From positions 3,744,001-3,808,000 of the forward strand of contig OY776510.1 of the NCBI GenBank assembly GCA_963675665.1: a stretch of DNA of 64,000 nt. The letters are read 5' to 3'. Each line of letters starts with the position of its first letter. Position 1 is the first letter of the stretch. A program made the position numbers and the translations under genes. This DNA comes from Spirochaetia bacterium. GTDB taxonomy: Bacteria; Spirochaetota; Spirochaetia; UBA9216. Of the stretch, positions 1 through 9,807 are shown piece after piece. The notes beneath the pieces are model-generated. The model had not been told where the DNA came from and ran no database searches. It was given only the letters and a program-made list of their open reading frames with translations.

Positions 1-141
1 CCTGTGGAAGATCTTGTTGCCGAAATTGCAAAAGGCGCGTCTGTTCCTGAAGATATGAAGGCAAAATGCAGCCGGTGCGGAGCCTGCTCATTCCTTTGTC
101 CCGCAGGCAAGGATGTATGTTCGCTGATTGCATCCGCATAA
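1..141 (+). CDS. 3' end of a 4Fe-4S dicluster/RnfC-like protein (partial)
   Basis: Frame 1 reads PVEDLVAEIAKG...KCSRCGACSFLCPAGKDVCSLIASA*, containing a CxxCxxCxxxCP ferredoxin motif; stop TAA at 139-141. Confidence 0.7.
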   Translation, partial: PVEDLVAEIAKGASVPEDMKAKCSRCGACSFLCPAGKDVCSLIASA

Positions 142-177
142 TACCGGACCTATATTTAACACTTAAGGAATCATAAA

Positions 178-708
178 ATGAATATCAAGATATTTTACTA
201 TTCCCTGACGGGAAACAACAAGATTCTGGCCCTAAGCCTTGCCGAAAGGCTTGGGGCACAATACAATGAAGTAACAGAATGGAAAGAGAGAACCGTTTGG
301 ACAACCGCCTTCGACATGATGTTCAATCGCACGCCCAAAGTTAGTTATGAGTTGGCAGAAATACAACCGGAAGATCTGGTTATTTTCATTGCCCCTATCT
401 GGATGGGAAGCGCAGCCTCACCCTTGCGGGACTGTTTTAAACGTTTGCGTAAATCAATCGGCACCTTTGCCTTTATTTCCATCAGCGGAGGAGCGGACGA
501 CAATCCAAACCCGAAACTTGATGTTGATCTAAAAAAAAGGCTTGGGAAAAAACCGGCAGCAGTCATTGCTCTTTATATAGCCAATCTGCTTCCACCGGTG
601 CCGAAACCTACGAGGGATGATACATCCGCTTACAGAATTACCGCAAACGATACAAAAAAGCTTACCGAAGAAGCATTGTCAATTCTCAATAAAAAAGGTG
701 TTATATGA
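178..708 (+). CDS. Flavodoxin-like protein
   Basis: N-terminal YYSLTGNN FMN phosphate-binding loop and APIWMG motif; AAGGA SD upstream. Confidence 0.75.
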   Translation: MNIKIFYYSLTGNNKILALSLAERLGAQYNEVTEWKERTVWTTAFDMMFNRTPKVSYELAEIQPEDLVIFIAPIWMGSAASPLRDCFKRLRKSIGTFAFISISGGADDNPNPKLDVDLKKRLGKKPAAVIALYIANLLPPVPKPTRDDTSAYRITANDTKKLTEEALSILNKKGVI

Positions 709-2273
709 AAAAGAATTTTATTTTTATCTGCCGCTGCGTTTCAGCGGCAATTTTACTGGCCCTTTCGTTCCCGGCAATGCTTCAGGCGGACGAAACTAAG
801 GGGCAGAAAAACTCCGTCGATATCTATAAAGCAGTTGATGCATACCTGGACAGACAACTGTACAGGCTGAATATCCCCGGAACGGCGTTGGCAATTGTAG
901 AAGGTACGGAAATCGCTCATTTTTACAATTTCGGCGAAGCAGGACCTTCCGGAGAAAAGCCGGCTTTGACGACCCCTTTTATTCTGGGTTCGCTCACAAA
1001 ATCAATTACCGCCATGGCAATTATGCAGCTTGCTGAAGCCGGAAAGTTGACCCCGGACGCCCCGGTTCAGCAGTATCTGCCCTGGTTTAAAACAGCCGAT
1101 GCCTATGCTTCTGCAAAGATAACGGTGCGGCACCTGCTTAACCATACCAGCGGGCTTTCGATGTTCTCGGGAATGAAGCACCTTGCTGTTTTCGATGATT
1201 CTGCCGATGCCTGCGAACAGCGGATCAGAGAGCTTGAAACATTCTCCCCTTCCCGGGCTCCAGGCGAAGCTTTCGAATACAGCGATGTCAATTACAACCT
1301 GCTTGGACTTGTCATTGAGGCGGCCGGCGGGGAACGCTACGATGATTATATTGAAAAGCACATTTTTGCCCCGCTGGGAATGGTCAACAGCCATACTAAC
1401 CAGGGCGATGCCGTCTCAGACAATATGGCCACAGGACATACCATGCGTTTCGGCCTCACAAAGCCCGAGCCCGACCTTCCGAGACCCACAGGTTCAACAC
1501 CTTCGGGGCAGCTGATATCCAGCGCAGGAGACATGTCTCGTTATATGGCGGCCATGCTGCAGGGCGGCGCCGTTAACGGGACCCGGGTGCTTTCCACGGA
1601 AAGCACAGCCGAACTTGTCCGCCCTGCTGTAAGTGCCGGTTCAATGGGTGTTGATATGGGTGATTACGCCATGGGCTGGTTTATCGAGAACGGCGCCGGG
1701 GAACTTCGCATCTGGCACGACGGCATGGTTCCGGACTTTTTTTCGTATATGGTTCTTCTGCCGGAGCAGGACCGCGGCCTGATTTTTCTGGTAAATGCCA
1801 ATCACATGATTGTAAACTATTCACTTCTGGATGTGAGCGAGGCAATTACGGATATGCTGACAAATCAACCCGTTGAAACCGGAGATATGGGAGGCGTATT
1901 CAGGACGCTGCGTCTTTTCCTTCTTCTTCTCCTGCTACAGATTTTCGGTATCGTTTTTACCGTAAGCCGGGTAAGGCGATGGAGGAACAACCCCGAGCGG
2001 CGTCCGGGTAAAGCGGTTGTTTTCTGGATTTATATCATCCCGGCTTCTGTTTTCCATTTTCTGATTGTCGTTTCCGCTGCCGCGCTACTGTTCATGGGCA
2101 TGACACGGTTTATGATGCTTTTTCTGCCCGATCTAACAGGACTTCTGCTTTTCAGCGGCGGCATTTCTTTTATCTGGATCTGGCTGCGGATATTGCTTAT
2201 ATTTCGGAAAGCGCCGATCGGGAGCAAAAAGCCTTTCAGCCGGCAACGGAGGCCAGATACTGCCGGGGCGTGA
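705..2273 (+). CDS. Serine hydrolase, beta-lactamase class C/AmpC-like family, with signal peptide and C-terminal TM helices
   Basis: SxxK (SLTK), LLNHTSG, YSD (YxN-like) and WHDG motifs; three hydrophobic C-terminal segments; ATG overlaps the upstream stop. Confidence 0.85.
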   Translation: MKKNFIFICRCVSAAILLALSFPAMLQADETKGQKNSVDIYKAVDAYLDRQLYRLNIPGTALAIVEGTEIAHFYNFGEAGPSGEKPALTTPFILGSLTKSITAMAIMQLAEAGKLTPDAPVQQYLPWFKTADAYASAKITVRHLLNHTSGLSMFSGMKHLAVFDDSADACEQRIRELETFSPSRAPGEAFEYSDVNYNLLGLVIEAAGGERYDDYIEKHIFAPLGMVNSHTNQGDAVSDNMATGHTMRFGLTKPEPDLPRPTGSTPSGQLISSAGDMSRYMAAMLQGGAVNGTRVLSTESTAELVRPAVSAGSMGVDMGDYAMGWFIENGAGELRIWHDGMVPDFFSYMVLLPEQDRGLIFLVNANHMIVNYSLLDVSEAITDMLTNQPVETGDMGGVFRTLRLFLLLLLLQIFGIVFTVSRVRRWRNNPERRPGKAVVFWIYIIPASVFHFLIVVSAAALLFMGMTRFMMLFLPDLTGLLLFSGGISFIWIWLRILLIFRKAPIGSKKPFSRQRRPDTAGA

Positions 2274-3354
2274 TTCCGGTTATGCGTTTAAAAGCATTGT
2301 AAAACGCACCCTTTGAATTGAAACCGGAAGCGAAGGCAAGATCAAGAATATTCGCATTCCGGTCCTGCATAAGCAGTTTCTTAAAATGTTCGATTCGGTA
2401 GGAATTTACAAAATGATAAAAACTTGATCCCGACTGGCTGTTGATCACTTCAGACAATTCGTTCCTGTAAAAACTGGTTTTCTCGGCCAGCAGCGGGAGC
2501 GTCAGTTCGGGATTAAGATGATGTTTGTTCTGCTCCATTTCCTGTTTAATAACAACGTACATATCGGTCAGCTGCTTCTGCGGAATCTTGCCTTTCAGAG
2601 GATTAGGATCATGTCTGACCGGACTGCTCGGAAAAAGGTTGAGCAGGTAGCTGTATCCTATAACTATAAGGTAAACGGCAGGAAACATAGCTGAGGCTTT
2701 AAGGGTAACTTCCACCATCCACCGGTTAATGCTGAATGCACATAAAAGGGCTATTACGATCCAGCATATGAAAAGAAGCCAGATCTCCCTGCTCATAAGG
2801 GAAAGATCGATTCCTTCCGTATTGGAATGCTCTTTCATAAGGGATCTTCGGTAGCTCCTGATCTTCAGCAATGCCATTGCAAGAAGAAACCAGTTGAATG
2901 CCAGTCCCGTAAGCCAGACGACCCAGTCATAATCCGGAAAATTATGGTTCTGTCGGATAAAGAGCAGATATTCCGCCCGGGCCGCACTGTCTTTAATAAA
3001 AAATGGGACAGATAACGCAATTCCCGCACCCAATCCGATAAACAGCCAGCATAACTGCTTAACCGATGTCCGGACATCTTCCATCAGGGAGTAAACATAA
3101 AAAAGAGTAAAAAATCCGGAGATGAAAATGAACGGATATGGAATACCGATCAGCTGCGGGAACAGCGAAAACATATTGGTTGTAGTTACCAGTGAAGAAC
3201 TCAATACCATGGCCCCCGACATTTGGGTCAGCCCCAGAAAGAGAGCGGATATCCCGCGTTTGTTTACCTGAAACATCAGAAAGATACCTATGAGAATGCT
3301 GTGGAATATTGCAAACATCGCTATAATTCCGAAAAAATCAGTCTCCAGTTTCAC
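2236..3354 (-). CDS. Membrane-anchored AraC-family transcriptional regulator
   Basis: Multiple N-terminal TM helices; C-terminal HTH LAFASGFNSKGAFYNAFKRITGITPRQY. Confidence 0.85.
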   Translation of the reverse strand: MKLETDFFGIIAMFAIFHSILIGIFLMFQVNKRGISALFLGLTQMSGAMVLSSSLVTTTNMFSLFPQLIGIPYPFIFISGFFTLFYVYSLMEDVRTSVKQLCWLFIGLGAGIALSVPFFIKDSAARAEYLLFIRQNHNFPDYDWVVWLTGLAFNWFLLAMALLKIRSYRRSLMKEHSNTEGIDLSLMSREIWLLFICWIVIALLCAFSINRWMVEVTLKASAMFPAVYLIVIGYSYLLNLFPSSPVRHDPNPLKGKIPQKQLTDMYVVIKQEMEQNKHHLNPELTLPLLAEKTSFYRNELSEVINSQSGSSFYHFVNSYRIEHFKKLLMQDRNANILDLAFASGFNSKGAFYNAFKRITGITPRQYLASVAG

Positions 3355-3520
3355 AATGAAAGAATATCATCAACAAATATTTTAGTAAAGAAAATATCGG
3401 AGCAGGCGAATTTTCATGAAAGTTAAACTGCTGCGGGCTATTAAAAAATATAAAATGGTTTGAATTCTCATTTTTATTTATTATAATTCGGATATTAGAC
3501 AATTTGTGGTGATGTAAGAC

Positions 3521-6514
3521 ATGGAGAGAATTATGAATAACCTTCCCAAATTCCGGATTCATTTCAGGTTAAGTATAATAATTACCGTCGCGTTGATAGT
3601 TCTCATTCTGACAACCGGAATCTTCATTATTGTATTCACAACAAGCATGAATTCCGCCCGTAATAATATGAACACGCTATTCATAGAGATCGGGGCCAGA
3701 GCGCAGGAAAAAATAGAAAACCAGATGAACATGCTTATGCGAACTGCAAGCATGGGAGCGGCTATAGAGGATTTTGATGAGGAAATATCAGGAACCGGTA
3801 TTAATCATTCGTCCATAGTTTTCATGAAACAATGCCTGGATCAGCATGAACTTATTTATTCTGTCTATTACGGGAAAGAGAACGGAAACTTTATCCAACT
3901 TATAAAAACCAACGGAAATCCTGATATTATACAAACACATAATGCTCCGGATGCAACAATGTATATACTTAGAAGTATTGTAGATATTGCCGGAACCAGG
4001 GTTCAGCATTGGACATTTCTTGATTCCGGCTGGTCAGTTTTGGATCAGCAGGATGAAACAACCCCCGATTATGACCCGAGAGAACGACCCTGGTATTCGA
4101 CGTCATTATCCGTCGGTAAAACAATGATATCCGAAGCCTATCTTTTCAATTCTCTTCAGCAGCTAGGAATTACCGCGTCAAAACAAATGGTAACCGGGAC
4201 AGGTGTATTCGGTGTTGATATGACCCTTCAGGATTTAAATAATTTTATGGAAGAAGGAAAACCTTCTGAAAACGGGGGTTTGTTTCTTATTGATCAGCAG
4301 GATAGAATTTTGGCGGCAACTCCTGAACTGATGACCTTGTTCAAATCCGAATTTGTTCCCCTTTGCCGGACACCCGATTTGCTGCAGAATTTTCTTGAAG
4401 GTAACAAGTACCTTAATAATGAAGAGTATCTAAGCAGTCAGACTGTATGGAATGACGGAACTGATAATCTTATTCAGATTGTAATATTATCCCCTTTGTC
4501 TGATTTCACCAAATATCTGATAGATATGCGTGCCAAAATCATTTTATTTTCCACAATACTGCTGACTGTTTTACTCGGATTTTCAATTATCATTTTACGA
4601 AAACTTACTGCAATCCTCTTTTCATTGGCTGATGATGCCGAACGGGTAAAACAATTTGATTTTACCGGTGAAATTCCGATGGATTCATTTTTCATTGAGA
4701 TTCACAAGCTGGCGGAAGGGTTTCATCATATGAAGCAAACCATTGGGGAAAGAACTGAAGAGCTTGAATCAGCTAAAAAGAAATTGGAAAAAATTGTTGA
4801 ACTCGGTATTGCAATGGCATCTGAAAAGGATGTTAACCGTCTTGTGGAATTAATCCTTCTCGGTTCCAAGGAACTTTCCAACTCAGACGGTGGAAGTGTC
4901 TATTTAAAAAACAGCACCGAAAATCTTCTTGATTTTAAAATTGTTCTCAATGATACTTTAGGGTTTATTCAGGGCGGTACAAGCGGGACCCCGATAACCC
5001 TTCCTTCAGTACCCCTTTTAAACCCTGACGGTTCTCCGAATCATCACAATGTTGTTACCCATTGTTTTCATACGGGCGAAACAGTAAATATTGAAGACGC
5101 GTATAATAATGATTTTTTTGATTTTTCAGGAACAAAAAAGTTTGATGAAGGTAATAATTATGTGTCACATTCATTCCTTACAATTCCTTTAAAGCCCAGA
5201 GGCGGTGAGGTTCTGGGTGCATTACAGCTGATAAATGCGAAAGATATCAATAACGGAAGCAACATCAGCTTTTCGACTGAAATTCAAAGGTTTGTTGAAG
5301 CGCTTTCTGCATCAGCCGCGACTTCTCTCTATAATAGAGATCTTCTTGAAACACAGCATAAACTTTTTGATTCGATGATTGAGTTTACTGCAGGAGCAAT
5401 TGATGCCAAGAGCCGGTATACAGGAGGACACTGCTCCAGGGTTCCAAAGATTGCTTTAATGCTTTCAGAAGAAGCCCATAAACTTAAAGAAGGACCTCTG
5501 GCTGACTTTCAATTAAACAATCCGGATGATTGGAGAGAGCTGAGGATTGGAGCCTGGCTTCATGACTGCGGCAAGATGACGTCCCCTGAATTTGTAGTAG
5601 ATAAAGCAACCAAACTTGAAACTATTACAAACAGGATTCATGAAATAAGAACAAGGTTTGAGATTCTGTTGCGTGATGCGGAAATTGACAGCCTGAAATT
5701 AAAGATTAACGGTATTGATTCAAGGAAAGCTGATCTTCAATATTCAAAAAGAGAAGAAGAGCTTCAAAAGGATTTCAAATTTATTGCCGAATGCAATTCA
5801 GGCGACAAGTTTATTGAAGCTGAAGATATTGAACGGATAAAAAAAATTGGAGCTCAGAACTGGATTAGACACTTCGACGATAAACTTGGATTATCCTGGG
5901 AAGAGCTTAGCCGAATTTCAACCGGAAACGCCCCGGACGGGCCTGCAGTTGAAAATCTTTTGTCGGACAAACCTGAACATCTTATAAAACGGGATTTTGA
6001 TCTTGTTTCCGATTACACTGAATATAATCTGGAATTACCGGAATATCTGTACAACCGCGGAGAAATATACAACCTGACAATTCCGAGAGGTACGCTTACC
6101 CCGGAAGAACGTTTTAAAATTAATGAACATGTAATTCAGACAATAACCATGCTGGAAAATCTTCCGCTTCCCGACAGCATGAAAAAGGTTCCGCAATATG
6201 CCGGAACGCATCATGAAGCAATGAACGGCAAAGGATATCCCCGCGGACTGACATCAGCCGAATTGTCAATTCCGGCACGAATCATGGCTATTGCAGATAT
6301 CTTTGAAGCTCTTACTGCATCAGACAGACCATATAAAAAGATAAAGACATTATCCGAATGTATCAGGATCCTTTACTTCTTTAAAAAGGATGAACATATT
6401 GATCCGCATCTGTTCGATCTGTTTCTGACTTCAGGAATATACAAGAAATATGCGGATGAATTTCTAAAACCGGAACAGATCGACGAGGTGGATATAACTG
6501 AGTATACAGGTTAA
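3521..6514 (+). CDS. HD-GYP c-di-GMP phosphodiesterase with Cache, HAMP and GAF domains
   Basis: TM-YDPRERPWY (Cache)-TM-HAMP-GAF; LHDCGK and HHEAMNGKGYPRG motifs; ADIFEALTASDRPYKK. Confidence 0.9.
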   Translation: MERIMNNLPKFRIHFRLSIIITVALIVLILTTGIFIIVFTTSMNSARNNMNTLFIEIGARAQEKIENQMNMLMRTASMGAAIEDFDEEISGTGINHSSIVFMKQCLDQHELIYSVYYGKENGNFIQLIKTNGNPDIIQTHNAPDATMYILRSIVDIAGTRVQHWTFLDSGWSVLDQQDETTPDYDPRERPWYSTSLSVGKTMISEAYLFNSLQQLGITASKQMVTGTGVFGVDMTLQDLNNFMEEGKPSENGGLFLIDQQDRILAATPELMTLFKSEFVPLCRTPDLLQNFLEGNKYLNNEEYLSSQTVWNDGTDNLIQIVILSPLSDFTKYLIDMRAKIILFSTILLTVLLGFSIIILRKLTAILFSLADDAERVKQFDFTGEIPMDSFFIEIHKLAEGFHHMKQTIGERTEELESAKKKLEKIVELGIAMASEKDVNRLVELILLGSKELSNSDGGSVYLKNSTENLLDFKIVLNDTLGFIQGGTSGTPITLPSVPLLNPDGSPNHHNVVTHCFHTGETVNIEDAYNNDFFDFSGTKKFDEGNNYVSHSFLTIPLKPRGGEVLGALQLINAKDINNGSNISFSTEIQRFVEALSASAATSLYNRDLLETQHKLFDSMIEFTAGAIDAKSRYTGGHCSRVPKIALMLSEEAHKLKEGPLADFQLNNPDDWRELRIGAWLHDCGKMTSPEFVVDKATKLETITNRIHEIRTRFEILLRDAEIDSLKLKINGIDSRKADLQYSKREEELQKDFKFIAECNSGDKFIEAEDIERIKKIGAQNWIRHFDDKLGLSWEELSRISTGNAPDGPAVENLLSDKPEHLIKRDFDLVSDYTEYNLELPEYLYNRGEIYNLTIPRGTLTPEERFKINEHVIQTITMLENLPLPDSMKKVPQYAGTHHEAMNGKGYPRGLTSAELSIPARIMAIADIFEALTASDRPYKKIKTLSECIRILYFFKKDEHIDPHLFDLFLTSGIYKKYADEFLKPEQIDEVDITEYTG

Positions 6515-6522
6515 ATCGTCTG

Positions 6523-7312
6523 TTATTTAACTGCGCAAATTGTACAGCTCCATGACGGACCCGCACAATCCGCCCTTCTGCTCAGTTCCAATTCAATTTT
6601 CTTATATCTTTTTAGAAGTTCGGTATCAAATTATTTTGAATACCGAATGTCCAGCGGCAACGTATTGGATAGCATAATAAGGCCGAATTGTAAGCGGATT
6701 TTAAAACCGCTGTTATCAAGCAGCGTTTTCATTTTATTTATGCTGAAAATTCGCGCCGGATACTCCCAATCCGGCATTTGTATCAATTTCTCATCTTCGA
6801 GGGCAATTTCGGATTTAAAAGTCATATCCGGCGATTCAATCGCCCAGCCCAGAGAATTTATAAAATCAAAGAAAAGTAATCCCCCGGGTTTTAATATACG
6901 GAAAACTTCTTCTAATAATTTTCGTGGATTAGGCGTATAACTTATTACCCCCCCCATTCATCATAACAAAGTCATAAGATTCATCCTTAAAATCAGTTTT
7001 TTCACTATTTCCGACATAAGTTGATATCATCACATTCTGTTCAGCGGTTTTTCCTTTTGCAATATTTACGCTTTCTTCGCTGATATCAATGAGATCAATT
7101 TTATAACCCATTTTTGCCAGAAATAAAGAATATTTACCGGTTCCACCGCCTGAATCCAATATTCGAATCGTCCGATTTTCCGGTAATATTTCAAGCAAAT
7201 TGTTTATTGTTACGTGTTCAATGATTTTATGATGGAATGTATTCGTTTCATTATCATAATCGCCGGAGATATTATTAAAAGTTTTTAATAGATTCAATAG
7301 TTTTTGTTCCAC
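6523..7312 (-). pseudogene. Class I SAM-dependent methyltransferase pseudogene (frameshift plus premature stop)
   Basis: ILDSGGGTG motif in ORF 6929-7312 and the continuation RILKPGG in ORF 6631-6957 join at a G8 run (C8 at 6948-6955). After TAA at 6631-6633 the frame continues for 35 codons (FDTELLKRYKKIELELSRR...CAVK*) to 6523. Confidence 0.8.
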
Positions 7313-7350
7313 TTAAAACCTCTCTACAACAATTGGACGCTTCCTGAGAA

Positions 7351-7680
7351 TTAATTATCAATACTTTTTTTCTTCTTTTTCACTGGTATTTTAATTACTT
7401 TCTCAAGCTCTTCAATAATTTTATTAAAAGACTCCCTTTCCTCAACATCAACGATGTAATGTTCTTTGGCACCGCTATACGGAAAACCACAATTCTCTTC
7501 TATGAAAAACTGTTTTATACAATCCAGCTTTTTTACATAAACTGTATTATCACAAACAATCAGTACCGGCTTCTCGTTTACGTAGACCATATATTCTCCG
7601 AACATTTTTCTATATCGTTTATTCCATACGTTATCGATCTGGTCGTAAACAAAATCTATAAAATCAGGTGTTGTTGACAT
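7351..7680 (-). CDS. TfoX/Sxy N-terminal domain protein
   Basis: RKMFGEYMVY...VCDNTVYVK...PYSGAK is typical of the TfoX_N family; AAGGAG SD. Confidence 0.8.
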   Translation of the reverse strand: MSTTPDFIDFVYDQIDNVWNKRYRKMFGEYMVYVNEKPVLIVCDNTVYVKKLDCIKQFFIEENCGFPYSGAKEHYIVDVEERESFNKIIEELEKVIKIPVKKKKKSIDN

Positions 7681-7770
7681 TGTACCTGTTACTCCTTTAC
7701 AAGTTCTCCGTCTGAACGGATCTGTTGATAATTACGTAAATTAAAAAATAGACTTTCGCTTTGTCTGAGC

Positions 7771-8601
7771 CTATACATGTGAATACTGTACCTCAGGTTC
7801 TGTTATTCCGTTAATGGAAACCGTAATATGATAATGCATATCTGTTCTATAATATCTCCTATTTTCAGAAATGAACTCCTGTAACACGATATCATGCGGG
7901 TGACGGTAATCACGTCTAAACATACAACTAATCCCGAGCATCGCTTCTGCAGGGCATTGTCGTAACCAGGTCGGCCGACCGTGATGATCCAGACTGCCGT
8001 TCCGGGAACCATGATGAGGCACCTTAAAAAAAACAGTATCCGTCGGTATTTTTGAGGCTATTTCATCCCAGACTTCCTGCTCGGCATCTCCTGTCAACAA
8101 TGCTGTACTGTTCCCGTATTTCATGGAAATCACTACGGAATTATTGTTTTCATTATCGGAAATCCGGCCGTCATGGGGCCATAAGGTCTTCATTTCGACA
8201 TCTCCAAAAACAGGAAGTTCCTTGCTTGTATGTGCAGCGTCATATTGTTCTACTTTTGCCCTTGGATTGGCACAGTATTTCATTAACAGCGAATTCTGAT
8301 TCAATTTATGCGACTTTGGATGAAGGAAGTATCGTGTGCCGAATTTTTGCATAATACCCTTGATACCATTCATATGATCGTCATGGGGATGAGACAACAG
8401 AATAAAATCAAACAGGGGTGACGGGGTGTCTATACGCTTCAGACTGAAAAAACGCTTTATGAAAATCTGTGTTGATTTGATTTCCTTAGTGTCATTCGAA
8501 TCGATCAATCCGTAATGAGCATTGCCCTGTTCATCTATATGCTCGATAAAAATCGAATCACCCCATCCTGAATCAATTAATGTAATATTTAATTTTCCCA
8601 T
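7771..8601 (-). CDS. ComEC/Rec2-type metallo-beta-lactamase-fold hydrolase (stand-alone, soluble)
   Basis: GWGDS, SHPHDDH (HxHxDH), NNNSVV, LLTGDAE, KVPHHGS and YRHPH motifs; no TM domain. Confidence 0.85.
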   Translation of the reverse strand: MGKLNITLIDSGWGDSIFIEHIDEQGNAHYGLIDSNDTKEIKSTQIFIKRFFSLKRIDTPSPLFDFILLSHPHDDHMNGIKGIMQKFGTRYFLHPKSHKLNQNSLLMKYCANPRAKVEQYDAAHTSKELPVFGDVEMKTLWPHDGRISDNENNNSVVISMKYGNSTALLTGDAEQEVWDEIASKIPTDTVFFKVPHHGSRNGSLDHHGRPTWLRQCPAEAMLGISCMFRRDYRHPHDIVLQEFISENRRYYRTDMHYHITVSINGITEPEVQYSHV

Positions 8602-8602
8602 T

Positions 8603-9157
8603 TCAGTTTATCCTTTTTAATTCGAGTTTGCTGTTCTTGGGATATACTTCAATGACGTTTTTCAATACATTCTCACCCCATCTGGTAAAAGCCCTGGTTT
8701 CATTCTCAGAGAACACGATTTCGGAATTCACATCCCGAATACCGAAATCGTATGCAGAGGAAACAGCATTATCTCTTTTAAGCAGATATAACCTGGTAAA
8801 AAGATCAGCTGAAATCCTGAAAACATCACCCTTTTCCGGTTTTTTTTCTGCCCTTAACAAGGCATTAGGAATCCAGATATAATCAGCTTCGATATAAAAG
8901 TGTTCCAAATCTTCAGCATAATTAAACAGTTGTTCAAACTCGTCAGGCGAGTCGAAATACAACTTTTTTCCGACAGGTTTGTAAATCACACCTGCTATTT
9001 CAAGCGGAAAAAAAGCAATTTCAAAATTTTCAAAAGAAAAGTTCAGATTTCCTGCAGGTTCCAGTAGTTCAATATAATAATAACTTGCCCTTGTCATTTT
9101 AAAATCGTCAAAAATTTTCTGATCATCAATAATTATTGGAATAGTAAATAAATTCAT
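8603..9157 (-). CDS. Hypothetical protein, coupled to the MBL hydrolase
   Basis: 184-aa ORF with AAGGAG SD; stop lies 1 nt before the MBL start; no motif recognised. Confidence 0.7.
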   Translation of the reverse strand: MNLFTIPIIIDDQKIFDDFKMTRASYYYIELLEPAGNLNFSFENFEIAFFPLEIAGVIYKPVGKKLYFDSPDEFEQLFNYAEDLEHFYIEADYIWIPNALLRAEKKPEKGDVFRISADLFTRLYLLKRDNAVSSAYDFGIRDVNSEIVFSENETRAFTRWGENVLKNVIEVYPKNSKLELKRIN

Positions 9158-9170
9158 AAATTCTCCTTTT

Positions 9171-9719
9171 TTATATCACGTTTTTGCTTTTTATTAATTC
9201 AATCTTCTTTGCTATTTCATTTATAGAATCATGGCATTTTTGCTGGTTTTTAATGTTGCCTCCTTTTATACCAAAAAACTGTAAACCTGAGCTATCAGCA
9301 AAGATTCTATCACTTTCAGAGTCTCCAATCATTATTGAGTCACCAGCTTTTATATTACTATATTTGCTTAATGCCTGTTTAAACATCCCTGTTTTAGGTT
9401 TCTTACACTCGCAGTTTTCCTGATCTGTATGCCTGCAGTAAAATACATCTAATACGTTTACAGCATTTTCTACCAATTGACTTAGGATTTTTTCCGAAAA
9501 AGCGTTATATTGCTCCAAACTAATAATACCTTCATTTATTATATATTGATTTGTAATTATAATGATCTCATATTCCAACTTAATTAATCTTTGTATCCCT
9601 TTAATGGAATCTTCAAGAAAGTCCGGTTCGGTTATATAGCTCCATTCACTGTCAGGATAATCACGAATAATTGTTCCGTCTCTATCTATAAATGCAACCT
9701 TCATTGTATTATTCTCCAT
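9171..9719 (-). CDS. HAD-IIIA hydrolase, GmhB/histidinol-phosphatase-like
   Basis: FIDRDGT, ITNQ, CRH...CECKKPKTG and MIGDSESD motifs. Confidence 0.85.
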   Translation of the reverse strand: MENNTMKVAFIDRDGTIIRDYPDSEWSYITEPDFLEDSIKGIQRLIKLEYEIIIITNQYIINEGIISLEQYNAFSEKILSQLVENAVNVLDVFYCRHTDQENCECKKPKTGMFKQALSKYSNIKAGDSIMIGDSESDRIFADSSGLQFFGIKGGNIKNQQKCHDSINEIAKKIELIKSKNVI

Positions 9720-9752
9720 CCGCCGGATCTCATTTTACCAAAGCCCATGAAT

Positions 9753-9783
9753 AAAAAAAAGACCGGTTAGCACTTAACCGGTC
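9753..9783 (-). terminator. Rho-independent terminator downstream of xylA
   Basis: GACCGGTTA-gcact-TAACCGGTC 9-bp stem followed by U8 on the minus strand. Confidence 0.85.
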
Positions 9784-9807
9784 CCATTCAATTCAGATGA
9801 AATATTT

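Noticed and set aside
7351-8601. Natural competence locus (TfoX plus ComEC)
   Set aside because: Both are stand-alone domains without the membrane channel or pilus genes, so adjacency alone is insufficient.
6523-9719. Integron cassette array
   Set aside because: The genes are short, unrelated and co-oriented, but I see no attC-like repeats between them and no integrase.
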